64,000 nt of DNA, taken from Phycisphaerales bacterium. Lineage in GTDB: Bacteria; Planctomycetota; Phycisphaerae; Phycisphaerales; SM1A02. The notes under the pieces are model-generated. The model did no database searches and was not told where the DNA came from. It saw nothing but the letters and a program-made list of their open reading frames with translations. Numbering within the stretch: position 1 is the first letter of the stretch; each line of letters begins with the position of its first letter. The stretch spans positions 815-64,814 of the forward strand of contig DAOMNO010000012.1 in NCBI GenBank assembly GCA_035443885.1. The letters run 5' to 3'. This document shows positions 26,381 to 34,997 of this stretch, one piece after another. A program made the position numbers and the translations under genes.

Positions 26381-27145
26381 TCAACGTCTCGGACTTTCCT
26401 GAACTATCGGACTCAATCGCATTTGCTCATTTTTGAGCAGATCATGCAGCAGTTTGAAGCTCACAAATTGTGCGTACATGTCCATGCGAACGAGGTAGAT
26501 GTCTTTGCCGTAGGCACTTCGAGGCTCCGATCGCCCCTGTGCGTAGCTGTTCAGCCACGCCAGCGTTTCATGGTTTGAGGCGTCGAAAATGCCCGCAGCC
26601 TGTGATCGCACCGTGGGGGATGCGAACCCGCCGGGCGAGTATGCGTCGCTTGCGGATCGACTGAGCGCACGGGTGTCGAAGGCCCCCGCCGAGCGACCGG
26701 ACTCGCTCGTGTGCAGTTCGATCGCGGCACCGAGCGTCATCGGGCGGTACGGGTTGTACGCCGTAACCGTGCCCACAATCAGCCCGTCAACACCGAGGAG
26801 ATTAAGGAGCGCAGCCGCATCTGCCTGTGATTGCACTGCTGGCATCTCCAACTGGCGCATCGCTGCGATCACACGGTTCACCGGAATCGAATTCAGCCCG
26901 TGCGCTTCCTGAATCTGATAGGCAAAGGCGTCTGCGATTCGCGCAGTATCCACCAGTGATGTGCCCGATTCATTCAGAAACGGCGCGACGGCCCAAACCT
27001 GGTCTCGCTCATATGGCGCCTTGAGCATGACCGGCTGCACCAGCCGCTCCTGCGCGCAGCCCATCAGCGCGACGACGAACCACAGTGCCAGCATCGCTGC
27101 ACACTGCAAAGACCTGCTTCCGTACATGGACGGCACACTTGTCAT
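26381..27145 (-). CDS. putative lipoprotein (LpoB/TolB-N-terminal-like fold suspected)
   Basis: The signal peptide has a lipobox (...VVALMGC). The pattern VAPFLNESGTSLVDTARIADAFAYQIQ...LLNLLGVDGLIVGTVTAY resembles small periplasmic lipoproteins of the LpoB/CsgG-like class. The family assignment is tentative. Confidence 0.5.
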   Translation of the reverse strand: MTSVPSMYGSRSLQCAAMLALWFVVALMGCAQERLVQPVMLKAPYERDQVWAVAPFLNESGTSLVDTARIADAFAYQIQEAHGLNSIPVNRVIAAMRQLEMPAVQSQADAAALLNLLGVDGLIVGTVTAYNPYRPMTLGAAIELHTSESGRSAGAFDTRALSRSASDAYSPGGFASPTVRSQAAGIFDASNHETLAWLNSYAQGRSEPRSAYGKDIYLVRMDMYAQFVSFKLLHDLLKNEQMRLSPIVQESPRR

Positions 27146-27284
27146 GGCATCATGCCCATTGTGAAGCGAACTCCGTTCGCTCGTGAATCCTCCTCACAGT
27201 CGAATATCGGCTTGCGGGAGGGAATGTCTTTCGATACCTGCCGGGCCGCGTTGTTTGCGCAACCCGTTTCATGCAGCACGCTGC

Positions 27285-28508
27285 TTATGGCGTGTGCCGA
27301 TCATCTGCTCCAACAAACTCTCGCCCTGCGGGACGCATCAGCTCCAGTGAACGATCCATCGACGCGGCCCAGATGTTGTCCGTGCCGGATCGATTGGAGA
27401 CAAAGTAAATCCGACCATCAGTGGACCAAACCGGCTGAAAGTTGCCGAACTGGCTGTCTGTCAGCTTCAGGCGGCCCGTTCCGTCCACATTGATGACCCA
27501 CACATCTGACTGGTCCGGTCTCGCGGAAGTATCAGAATCGGGATCAAGCACTGTGACGAACACGATTCGTCTGCCATCGGGGGACCATGACGGGTTGATT
27601 GTTGCTGCATTGGCTGCGGAGACGATCTCTGTGGGATTCCGCGCTTCGCCGTTGACAAAGTCAATGGTCCAGATGCCGTGCAGGCGGCTGCCGCGCTGTC
27701 GCGGCCTCTGGAACAGAATCTTGTTGCTGGCGACATCGGGGGACCAGCGCGGGAACATGCCATAGTCGAGAAAGTGTCGCACGCCGGGGCTATCGACCTT
27801 TGCAACCCAGATTTCCCACCTGCCGGACTGCGAAGACAGCTTGCAATACGCGATCATGGTTCCATCAGGGGACCAAGTCGGATGAATCTCGTTATCTGCG
27901 TCATTGGTAACCTGAACGGGCGGGGCGCCATCAATCGTCGTAATATAGATGTCCCATTTGCCCGCGCGGTTTGACGCGAACGCGATTCGCTGGCCGGACG
28001 GATCAAACGCAGGCATCGCGTCATCGCCGGGGTCCGATGTCAGTTGGGTAACCGTCGAGCCGTTGACGGCTTTTATATAAAGATCTGATGCTTCGCGATG
28101 CATGGTGGATGCAAACGCGATGCGCGTGCCGGTACGATCGACCGCGGGGTCAAAGCACGAGCCTTCCGTGGCAAAACTCACCTGTGAAAGACTGCCTCGC
28201 CCTTCCGGCTGAGAAAGGTTCTGGCCATCGGTCGGCGAGAATTCGCCATACAACCGCACCAGAGCCGCGCCGTTCGCGGTGGGAGTTGAGGACACCGGTA
28301 CCGACTGCGTCGGCTCAGCCGACTGATTGATTCGCGAAGCTTGATGTGTTCGCTGCGTATTGGATGACGATGCGCTCGGCTGCGCGTTGCTCGGCGAGGT
28401 TGAAGCGCATCCCGTCAGTGCCACCGGTGCAAACCATGCAGCAGCAAAGAGACCGGCAGACATCTTGATTCGACGGACGTTGCAGAGACTCGGTTGAACC
28501 TGTGGCAC
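27285..28508 (-). CDS. TolB-like beta-propeller protein (PD40/WD40-like repeats), probable lipoprotein
   Basis: Repeated motifs such as DPAVDRTGTRIAFAS, PAFDPSGQRIAFASNRAGKWDIY, PTWSPDGTMIAY, PSWSPDGRRIVFV and PVWSTDGRIYFVSNRSG. The N-terminus ...FAPVALTGC is lipobox-like. The start could be 28508 or 28463. Confidence 0.75.
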   Translation of the reverse strand: MPQVQPSLCNVRRIKMSAGLFAAAWFAPVALTGCASTSPSNAQPSASSSNTQRTHQASRINQSAEPTQSVPVSSTPTANGAALVRLYGEFSPTDGQNLSQPEGRGSLSQVSFATEGSCFDPAVDRTGTRIAFASTMHREASDLYIKAVNGSTVTQLTSDPGDDAMPAFDPSGQRIAFASNRAGKWDIYITTIDGAPPVQVTNDADNEIHPTWSPDGTMIAYCKLSSQSGRWEIWVAKVDSPGVRHFLDYGMFPRWSPDVASNKILFQRPRQRGSRLHGIWTIDFVNGEARNPTEIVSAANAATINPSWSPDGRRIVFVTVLDPDSDTSARPDQSDVWVINVDGTGRLKLTDSQFGNFQPVWSTDGRIYFVSNRSGTDNIWAASMDRSLELMRPAGREFVGADDRHTP

Positions 28509-28834
28509 GGGAAAGCTCCACGCCGCGACCGTCTATCCCCAAGGACGAATGTCGCGCGAGATTCTGATGGCCGCTGCGGCTCCGCCGAACCTGGCTCACC
28601 ATGCAGAACACAACGATTCAGGGCGGCACCCGCCCCGCTGCCGATCACATGACCGGCAAGCCCCTTATCGGACGATCTCCGCCATCCGCTTGAGTGCTGC
28701 TGAGCGCGCACAGACGAATATCTCTTTTTGCGCCACTTGGGCAAAATCCTGTTGTGAGCATGATTTATCGTGGTATCTTCCACAGGCTGCCGCCAGAAGG
28801 GACGCCCCGATCGGCGTGGCACCATTGGAGAAAG

Positions 28835-30562
28835 ATGCAGATGTCGTCACAGTTGAACCCCACCCCGGTCCGGCTTCTCGCTGCCGTCGCAATGTCGCTC
28901 ACCCTCAGCCAGGTTTGCCTCGCGCAGCAATTCATCAACGAAACGGCCACGCGCTTCCCCGCTCAGCCTACACTGGAATGGACGAACCAGCTCACCATCG
29001 GCGATCTCGATAACGATGGCGACCTCGACATCGTCTTCGCCAATGGCGGCAACTTCAGTTCCGCAGGCACGCCGCAGTTCGTGCGCGTGTTCATCAACGA
29101 TGGTACGGGTGTGTTCACCGATGAATCCGCCACTCGCATGGGTGGACATACCGGCTTATATCGAGGCGTTGAACTCGGCGATGTGGAGAACGATGGTGAT
29201 CTCGATATCCTCCTTGTGCCCGACTTCGGCGGCCGCGTTCGACTTTTCCGCAACGATGGCAACGGCTTCTTTAGCGATGCCACCCTGCTTTCGCTGCCCA
29301 CGCTTCTTGTAAGCAGTTCACGTGGTCAGTTCGGCGATATCGACAACGACGGCGACCTTGATATCTATGTCGTCAACGGTGGCGCCACCAACCGCTTCGG
29401 CTGCGGAAACAGCCGCATCCTCATCAACAACGGCGTCGGCATCTATACGGATGAATCCGCCCTGCGCCACCCACCGGGAACCATCTGCGGCCCAATGGAT
29501 GCCATCTTCGGCGATGTGAACAACAACTTCAACATCGACATTCGCGTGGCGGCCCTCGGCAACAACAACTCCAAGCTCTACATCAACGACGGCGCTGGCT
29601 TCTTCACCAACGCCTCCGCCACCGTTCCCGCCGACTCAACCTGCTATTCCTATGACTTCGGCGACATCAACGGCAACGGCATGATCGACATGTTCGGCGC
29701 AAACGCACTGCCCGGCAACAGCTCCGACATGCTCATTCGCAACAACGGCGACGGCACGTGGACCAACGTCAGCGGTCAGATTTCGCCCAACCCGAACGTC
29801 GATGACAACGATTCCAAGTTCTTCGACTATGACAACGACGGCGATCTCGACCTCATCGTCGCACGCATTGGCGGAACGCCGGAGCGCATCTACAACAATG
29901 ACGGCAACGGCAACTTCACTCAGGTCAACGGCCTCATTTCCAACGTCATCGACTCAACAATGGATATCATGGTCGCTGACCTCACCGGCAACGGAAAACT
30001 CGACATCGTTACCGGGCAGGGCGAATCCGGCGCGAACTACCAGAACAAGATTTACATCAACTACGGCCCGGCGGACACCATCCCGCCCACCATCGGGCGC
30101 ACGGAGCAGCAGGAAGATACGCTCGACAACGACGGGCCGTACATCATCCGTGCCTCAATCACGGATGGCATGAGCTCCGACCGGAACTTCTTCGATAAAG
30201 GCATCTTCCTCAACTACTCGCACAACGGCGGCAAGACGCAGCAGGTGCCCATGCGTTACAGCGGCGGCACGATCTACCGTGCTGCACTCCCCGGCCAGCC
30301 CAACGGCATCGTCGAGTACTACGTTACCGCAATCGACTATGCAGGCAATCTCGGCACTGGCCCCACGCTTTCGTTCCGCGTCGGCCCCAAGACCACGCTC
30401 GGCGACCTGAACAACGACGGCCATGTCGATGTGCTCGACCTGTTGATTCTGCTCGGCGCATGGGGTGATTGCCCGCCGAAGCAACCCTGCCCTGCCGACC
30501 TTAACAACAGCGGCACCGTCGATGTACAAGACCTGCTGATCCTGCTCGGCAATTGGGGATAA
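28835..30562 (+). CDS. secreted FG-GAP/VCBS-repeat protein with a C-terminal double dockerin-like repeat
   Basis: The signal peptide is MQMSSQLNPTPVRLLAAVAMSLTLSQVCLAQ. Ca-binding FG-GAP loops recur (DLDNDGDLDIVFANGG, VENDGDLDILLV, DIDNDGDLDIYVVNGG, DYDNDGDLDLIVA). The tail is GDLNNDGHVDVLDLLILLGAWGDC...CPADLNNSGTVDVQDLLILLGNWG. The start is moved to ATG 28835, which has GGAGAAAG upstream. Confidence 0.8.
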   Translation: MQMSSQLNPTPVRLLAAVAMSLTLSQVCLAQQFINETATRFPAQPTLEWTNQLTIGDLDNDGDLDIVFANGGNFSSAGTPQFVRVFINDGTGVFTDESATRMGGHTGLYRGVELGDVENDGDLDILLVPDFGGRVRLFRNDGNGFFSDATLLSLPTLLVSSSRGQFGDIDNDGDLDIYVVNGGATNRFGCGNSRILINNGVGIYTDESALRHPPGTICGPMDAIFGDVNNNFNIDIRVAALGNNNSKLYINDGAGFFTNASATVPADSTCYSYDFGDINGNGMIDMFGANALPGNSSDMLIRNNGDGTWTNVSGQISPNPNVDDNDSKFFDYDNDGDLDLIVARIGGTPERIYNNDGNGNFTQVNGLISNVIDSTMDIMVADLTGNGKLDIVTGQGESGANYQNKIYINYGPADTIPPTIGRTEQQEDTLDNDGPYIIRASITDGMSSDRNFFDKGIFLNYSHNGGKTQQVPMRYSGGTIYRAALPGQPNGIVEYYVTAIDYAGNLGTGPTLSFRVGPKTTLGDLNNDGHVDVLDLLILLGAWGDCPPKQPCPADLNNSGTVDVQDLLILLGNWG

Positions 30563-30591
30563 GGTTCTCCGTCCCATCTCATTGTCTTCTT

Positions 30592-30633
30592 CTTCAAGCG
30601 GGAATGATTCCAGTGAATCACTCCCGCTTGAAG
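30592..30633 (+). terminator. long hairpin downstream of the FG-GAP gene
   Basis: cttcaagcgggaatgattc-cagt-gaatcactcccgcttgaag gives a 19-bp stem with one mismatch. The following T-tract is poor, so its role as an intrinsic terminator is uncertain. Confidence 0.45.
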
Positions 30634-30764
30634 CTTTGCGCCACTTCTTCATACCATCCCAGTATGGCACGCCGGCGCAATTCGATTTGATCCCAATGTA
30701 CTTGCCCGCGTGTTCCGTGATGTCTGCTCAACGACACAACATGCGACCGTGAGGCCTTCAACCC

Positions 30765-31205
30765 GTGCACCAGCCTGCCGACAACATGCCGTTCCACTCT
30801 CGCGTGCGAACAGTCATGATGGCAGGCATCTGCTATTTTGCATTGGTCTATGCTGCGGGATTTGTGCTCGGCATCATCCGAACGTTCGCCGTTACACCCC
30901 ACCTGGGCGAGCGATGGGCTGAACTGTTGGAAATGCCGATCATGCTGGTCGTCATTGTGCTGGCGTCGCGACTCGTCATTCATCGTTTTTCGTGCGGCGC
31001 AGCCTTGATGAATCGCGTTTTCATCGGGGCGATCTCGCTTGCATTCTTGGCGGCCGCAGAGGTTGCGGGCATCTGGTTGCTGCGCGGTCAATCCATCGGC
31101 GAATCCATAGCGGAACGCGATCCCATCTCAGGGATCGCGTTCCTGCTCATGATGCTCGTGTATGCACTCGCTCCGCTTTTCGTGCGACGATCGCTTCCCT
31201 CATAA
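30765..31205 (+). CDS. hypothetical membrane protein (about 4 TM helices)
   Basis: It has clearly hydrophobic helices (VMMAGICYFALVYAAGFVLGII, MPIMLVVIVLASRLVI, VFIGAISLAFLAAAEVAGIWLL, IAFLLMMLVYALAPLFV). It is preferred over the overlapping minus-strand ORF 30618-31091. Confidence 0.5.
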   Translation: MHQPADNMPFHSRVRTVMMAGICYFALVYAAGFVLGIIRTFAVTPHLGERWAELLEMPIMLVVIVLASRLVIHRFSCGAALMNRVFIGAISLAFLAAAEVAGIWLLRGQSIGESIAERDPISGIAFLLMMLVYALAPLFVRRSLPS

Positions 31206-31209
31206 GCGA

Positions 31210-32058
31210 TCAATCCTCATCCGTGGCGGGTCCGAGCGGATCCCATGTCAGTGTCGTTGTGTTCCAATCGCCATTCGGCTCACCGGGGTCGCGCGTGCCC
31301 TGCACATTCGTCGTCGCGATCTCGTTGAGCACATGGCCCACGTGCGCATCGGCGAAGAGCATATGCCCGCCGCGGAAGTGCCTCGCTGCGAACCGCTTCC
31401 AGTCCGACCGATGGCGATTGAGCAAGCGATCGTAATGCGGATCGTCCGAATACAGCTCCGACTTGTCGGTCCGCATCTCAACCATGAAGATCGTCTTTTC
31501 CGGCTGGCGCATCATGTTCATGCGCATGCGCGCTCGATACTGCGCTTCCGTGCTCGACATGCCGTTGGATTCCATGCGCAGCTGCAGGGTGTTGTTGAGC
31601 TGTGAGTTGGGCACGTAGCAGAAGAAGAACTCGCGCCCCTGCCCGACGTATGGTGCATCAAGCGGCGCGACCGCAGCGGGGTCGATGAAAATGCTCGTGC
31701 TGTCCGGTGGCATCGGCACATGCGATCCATTCGCCACCGCTTGGTCATGCAGTTCACGATACGGCTTCTCACCGACGAACTGCGGCAGCGCGTTCGCCCA
31801 CCAGTCCGTCGTGCTGAAGTTGATCGCCATCTGATTCGCGTTCTTACGCCCTTCATAAGGAAACGTCTCTTTATAGAGATTGGCGTACATCGTCATGGCC
31901 AAGCCCCACTGACGAAGGTTCGACATGCTTTTCGTCGCGCGTCCGCTGGCGCGGACCGACATGAGCGCGGGCATGAGCAGGCCCATCAGCAGCGCGATGA
32001 TGGCCAGCACGACCAGAATTTCCACGATCGTGAACGCACGTGTGCGAGAACGTCGCAT
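31210..32058 (-). CDS. prepilin-type N-terminal methylation-motif protein with DUF1559 (H-X9-DG-like) domain
   Basis: The N-terminus RAFTIVEILVVLAIIALLMGLLMPAL is a type II pseudopilin-like leader plus hydrophobic helix. The C-terminus ARHFRGGHMLFADAHVGHV is H-X9-DA, a variant of the H-X9-DG motif. Confidence 0.8.
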   Translation of the reverse strand: MRRSRTRAFTIVEILVVLAIIALLMGLLMPALMSVRASGRATKSMSNLRQWGLAMTMYANLYKETFPYEGRKNANQMAINFSTTDWWANALPQFVGEKPYRELHDQAVANGSHVPMPPDSTSIFIDPAAVAPLDAPYVGQGREFFFCYVPNSQLNNTLQLRMESNGMSSTEAQYRARMRMNMMRQPEKTIFMVEMRTDKSELYSDDPHYDRLLNRHRSDWKRFAARHFRGGHMLFADAHVGHVLNEIATTNVQGTRDPGEPNGDWNTTTLTWDPLGPATDED

Positions 32059-32106
32059 GAGTGTTGCTCCGGAGAAGGCAGAGGAGAAATCAAGCAGAAA
32101 GAGGAG

Positions 32107-32128
32107 CGGAGTCGATTTCTCGACTCCG
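32107..32128 (-). terminator. hairpin between the LTD-like gene and the DUF1559 gene
   Basis: cggagtcga-tttc-tcgactccg gives a 9-bp stem. On the minus strand it is followed by CTCCTCTTTCTGCTTGATTTC. Confidence 0.35.
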
Positions 32129-32150
32129 TCCCGTGTGTCATTTCAAGGCT

Positions 32151-33899
32151 TCAGCACGGCCCCCACGAGCTGAGCAGGATGAGCAGGTCTTGCACGTCCA
32201 CCGTGCCGCTGTCATTGAGGTCCGCCGGGCAGTTGCCCTTGCCGCACGGTCCCCACGAACTGAGCAGGATGAGCAGGTCCTGCACGTCCACCGCACCGCT
32301 GTTGTTGAGGTCCGCTGGGCAGGCCGGTACGACCGGTGCGCAAGCAAGAAGATTGTTGAAGTTCTGCATTGCAAACGTCGGCGTGACGGAGCACAACCGC
32401 CACGTATTCGGAGCGCCGAACGTGCTGGTAACGCCGTCCGTGTAGTTGGCAAACACCTGCACATTGCCGGAAGGGTCTTGCGTAAGAATGCAGACTTCGC
32501 GGCTGCTGACACCGCGCCCACCGTAGCCGGCAGCACCCTCACCGGACGGACCAAAGACGACAGTGTTCTGCGCATCGCGAATCGTCAGCCTCCAGTCCTC
32601 ATGACCGACGGACATGCGACCGAAGACTTTCGGCTCTTCTGAGTGATACGTCGATGCGACAAAGTTCGTATCCGCAGTGTGGATGTTGATCCAGTTGCCG
32701 CCGGGAAGCGTATAGCTCACGTCGGAATCAAGGCCGCCGCTGAAGGTGTTGCGTTCAATGAACGTGATGATGGTGCCGGGCTGCAGGTTAGCGAACGCAG
32801 CGTTGTTGTTCAGCGTGACGGAGCCAAACTTGTTTTCACCAAGCTCTTCCCAGTGAAGGCTCCAGCCGCGCATATCAACGTTCTCACCCGTCACGACGAG
32901 TTCGAACCAGTTTCCGCCGTTACCCTGTACGCGGCCGAAGAACATATCCGCAGCCTGACCACCGTTCTCGTCCGCGTTTTCGTCGCCTCCGTTGAGCCAG
33001 TTGGCGTTGGCGACTGCGTTGTACTCATTGAGGATCACGCGATTACACGGGCACTCGACCCATGAACGCAGTGCGGTGAAGTCCTGATATCGTTCGCAGC
33101 GCACTTCGGGGAACGCGCTGATGAGATCGCTCCATCGGTTCGGCTTACCAAAGGTGGATGAGTCGCCGTCGTCGTAATGCGTGATGTTGACGGTGGAGAC
33201 GGGATTAAGCTCAAGACGGCCGACTTCGCGGCTATTGATGCCACCACCCTGCCAGCCAGCAATGCCTTCCCCGATCGGTCCATGCAGCAGTGTACCCTGC
33301 GCGTTGAGGATGCGACCCTGCCAATTGTCATTGCCGACTGCGAAGTAGCCGGGGTCTTCACCCGCACGATTGTGCACCGTCGTGAGGTACTGCGCGTCGT
33401 AGCTGTTGATGTTGATCCACCAGTCCCCCGCGCATGGATCGAAGCTGACATCAGTATCCAGACCGCCCTGTGCGGTTGTCTTCTCGATGATCGTGATGAT
33501 CGTTCCCGCGCGAAGGTTGGCCCAAAGCGGGTCTTGCGTGAAGGTGATGATGCCTTGACGGATCGTGCCCGGCGCGAGCCAGATGACAGTTCCGTCGCCA
33601 TCAGGGTTGCCGGTCTCGGCCCAGCGCAGCTCCCAGCCGCGTACGTCGAGATTGTCGATGGTAACGACGAGTTCGATCCAGTTGCCACCGTTACCCATCA
33701 CGCGGCCAAAGAACGTATCGTCGCCGCCTTCACACGCAAAACCGCCCGGTCCTTCACAGGCAGGCGTATCGGGGTTGCCAATCCACTTCTGACTGCCGAC
33801 GCAGTTCCATTCGTTGATAATCAGACCGCCCGCTTGCGCCATCGCTGCGGATGCAACGGTGAGCGATACGACGGCGGGGACCGCGAAATGCGAAATCAT
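32151..33899 (-). CDS. secreted protein with two lamin-tail-domain-like modules and a C-terminal double dockerin-like repeat
   Basis: It has a signal peptide and an internal duplication: IINEWNCV...FFGRVMGNGGNWIELVVT..LDVRGWELRWAE versus ILNEYNAV...FFGRVQGNGGNWFELVVTGENVDMRGWSLHWEE. The tail is CPADLNNSGAVDVQDLLILLSSWGPC...CPADLNDSGTVDVQDLLILLSSWGPC. AAGGAGAG lies upstream of the ATG. Confidence 0.7.
   Translation of the reverse strand: MISHFAVPAVVSLTVASAAMAQAGGLIINEWNCVGSQKWIGNPDTPACEGPGGFACEGGDDTFFGRVMGNGGNWIELVVTIDNLDVRGWELRWAETGNPDGDGTVIWLAPGTIRQGIITFTQDPLWANLRAGTIITIIEKTTAQGGLDTDVSFDPCAGDWWININSYDAQYLTTVHNRAGEDPGYFAVGNDNWQGRILNAQGTLLHGPIGEGIAGWQGGGINSREVGRLELNPVSTVNITHYDDGDSSTFGKPNRWSDLISAFPEVRCERYQDFTALRSWVECPCNRVILNEYNAVANANWLNGGDENADENGGQAADMFFGRVQGNGGNWFELVVTGENVDMRGWSLHWEELGENKFGSVTLNNNAAFANLQPGTIITFIERNTFSGGLDSDVSYTLPGGNWINIHTADTNFVASTYHSEEPKVFGRMSVGHEDWRLTIRDAQNTVVFGPSGEGAAGYGGRGVSSREVCILTQDPSGNVQVFANYTDGVTSTFGAPNTWRLCSVTPTFAMQNFNNLLACAPVVPACPADLNNSGAVDVQDLLILLSSWGPCGKGNCPADLNDSGTVDVQDLLILLSSWGPC
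32154..32321. repeat. tandem 78-nt coding repeats (period 90 nt) specifying the two dockerin-like units
   Basis: Copies at 32154-32231 and 32244-32321 differ at only about 10 positions (gcacgg[c/t]ccccacga[g/a]ctgagcaggatgagcaggtc[t/c]tgcacgtccacc...). Confidence 0.85.
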
Positions 33900-34067
33900 G
33901 ATCCTGCTCTCCTTGGGGTGTTGCGAAGCGCGAGTATTGAAACCTCTGCGCGCTCAACTTCTGTAATGTCCGCGCTAAGATGCGGCGCGATTGCCTCTCA
34001 ACAAAGCACCGACGGACCAAAGGCCCGCCGGCGCACGCTCATCTCCATCCTCCATCTGATCAACTGG

Positions 34068-34856
34068 TTACGCGATGCGGCGGCGGCGAATACCGACAAG
34101 ACCAGCCACGCCGAGCAGAGCCAGCGCGCCTGGTGCGGGCACGATGCCGACCGCATAGAAGTTGTCGATCGCAAGACCGTTGTCCTGGCCGGTCAGGTCT
34201 TGAATATCCCAGCGAAGGACGATCGACTGACCGGGAGCCCATTTCAGACCGGTGATGACATCATTGATTGCCGTCTGATTGGCTGCATTGTTTCCGTCCA
34301 GCGCGACGTTACCGCCGGCCAGATTCGGTGTTGCGAAATCGAGGCCGGTGAACGTGGTAGTTGCATCCTCAAGCGAAGTGCCCATGCCGTAGCTGAAGCG
34401 GAGCACGTTGAAGATGTTGGCATCACCCGTGCGCCACTGCTCGCCGATGAATGAGATATCGAGAGCCACGAACGTCTGGCTGGACGTATTGGTCAGCACG
34501 ACACCGAACGAAGAAATCTGATTGCTCGTGGGCAGCGCGCCGAGTGCGCGATCCGTAGAGCCATCGGCACCGAAGAACACCACCCCGCGGCCAGCAGCAC
34601 CGGACAAGCTGCCGTTGTGGGCCTTGAACTCAGTATTGCCGCTGCTGCCGGTGAAGTTGGCGCCGTACCAGCCTTCCATGCCGGTTGAGCCGAGGATACC
34701 GTTGATCGCGTGAGGGCCGCGACCATTGAGCGTGGTTGAGCCGCTCTGACCCAGACCGTCAAAATCCTGGAAGTACGAACCCGTGAAACTCACGCTGCCG
34801 AATGCAGCGCTGACCACGCCGAGGCTGAGCGAGGCAGCCAACAACTGATTCTTCAT
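34068..34856 (-). CDS. PEP-CTERM sorting-domain protein
   Basis: The signal peptide is MKNQLLAASLSLGVVSAAFG and the C-terminus is VPAPGALALLGVAGLVGIRRRRIA. AAGGAGA lies upstream of ATG 34856. Confidence 0.8.
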   Translation of the reverse strand: MKNQLLAASLSLGVVSAAFGSVSFTGSYFQDFDGLGQSGSTTLNGRGPHAINGILGSTGMEGWYGANFTGSSGNTEFKAHNGSLSGAAGRGVVFFGADGSTDRALGALPTSNQISSFGVVLTNTSSQTFVALDISFIGEQWRTGDANIFNVLRFSYGMGTSLEDATTTFTGLDFATPNLAGGNVALDGNNAANQTAINDVITGLKWAPGQSIVLRWDIQDLTGQDNGLAIDNFYAVGIVPAPGALALLGVAGLVGIRRRRIA

Positions 34857-34997
34857 AACCTTTCTCCTTGTGAATGCTGTCCAATCCCAAATCCAGATCA
34901 ATGACGTTTCTTTCCACTCCTGACGCCATCGCCTGATATTCGCCGCATCACGAGACGCGGCCCTTCAACTCCGACCATTCAAGCCATCCCGCGCGAA

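Noticed and set aside
25032-26384. Full 450-aa version of the recombinase ORF.
   Set aside because: The first 97 residues are Arg/Pro/Gly-rich, overlap the better-supported 78-aa ORF in another frame, and have no counterpart in XerC/D proteins. ATG 26093/26090, which has an upstream GAGG, gives a normal-length protein.
30618-31091. 157-aa minus-strand ORF overlapping the 30765-31205 membrane-protein ORF.
   Set aside because: Its translation is charged and low in complexity (RRQHNDDQHDRH...) with no motif. The plus-strand frame, in contrast, gives four clean hydrophobic helices.
32154-32321. Regularly spaced near-identical ~78-nt repeats, checked as a possible CRISPR-like or minisatellite array.
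   Set aside because: There are only two copies, and both lie inside a well-supported ORF where they encode the two dockerin-like units. No cas genes are present, and the 'spacer' is only 12 nt.
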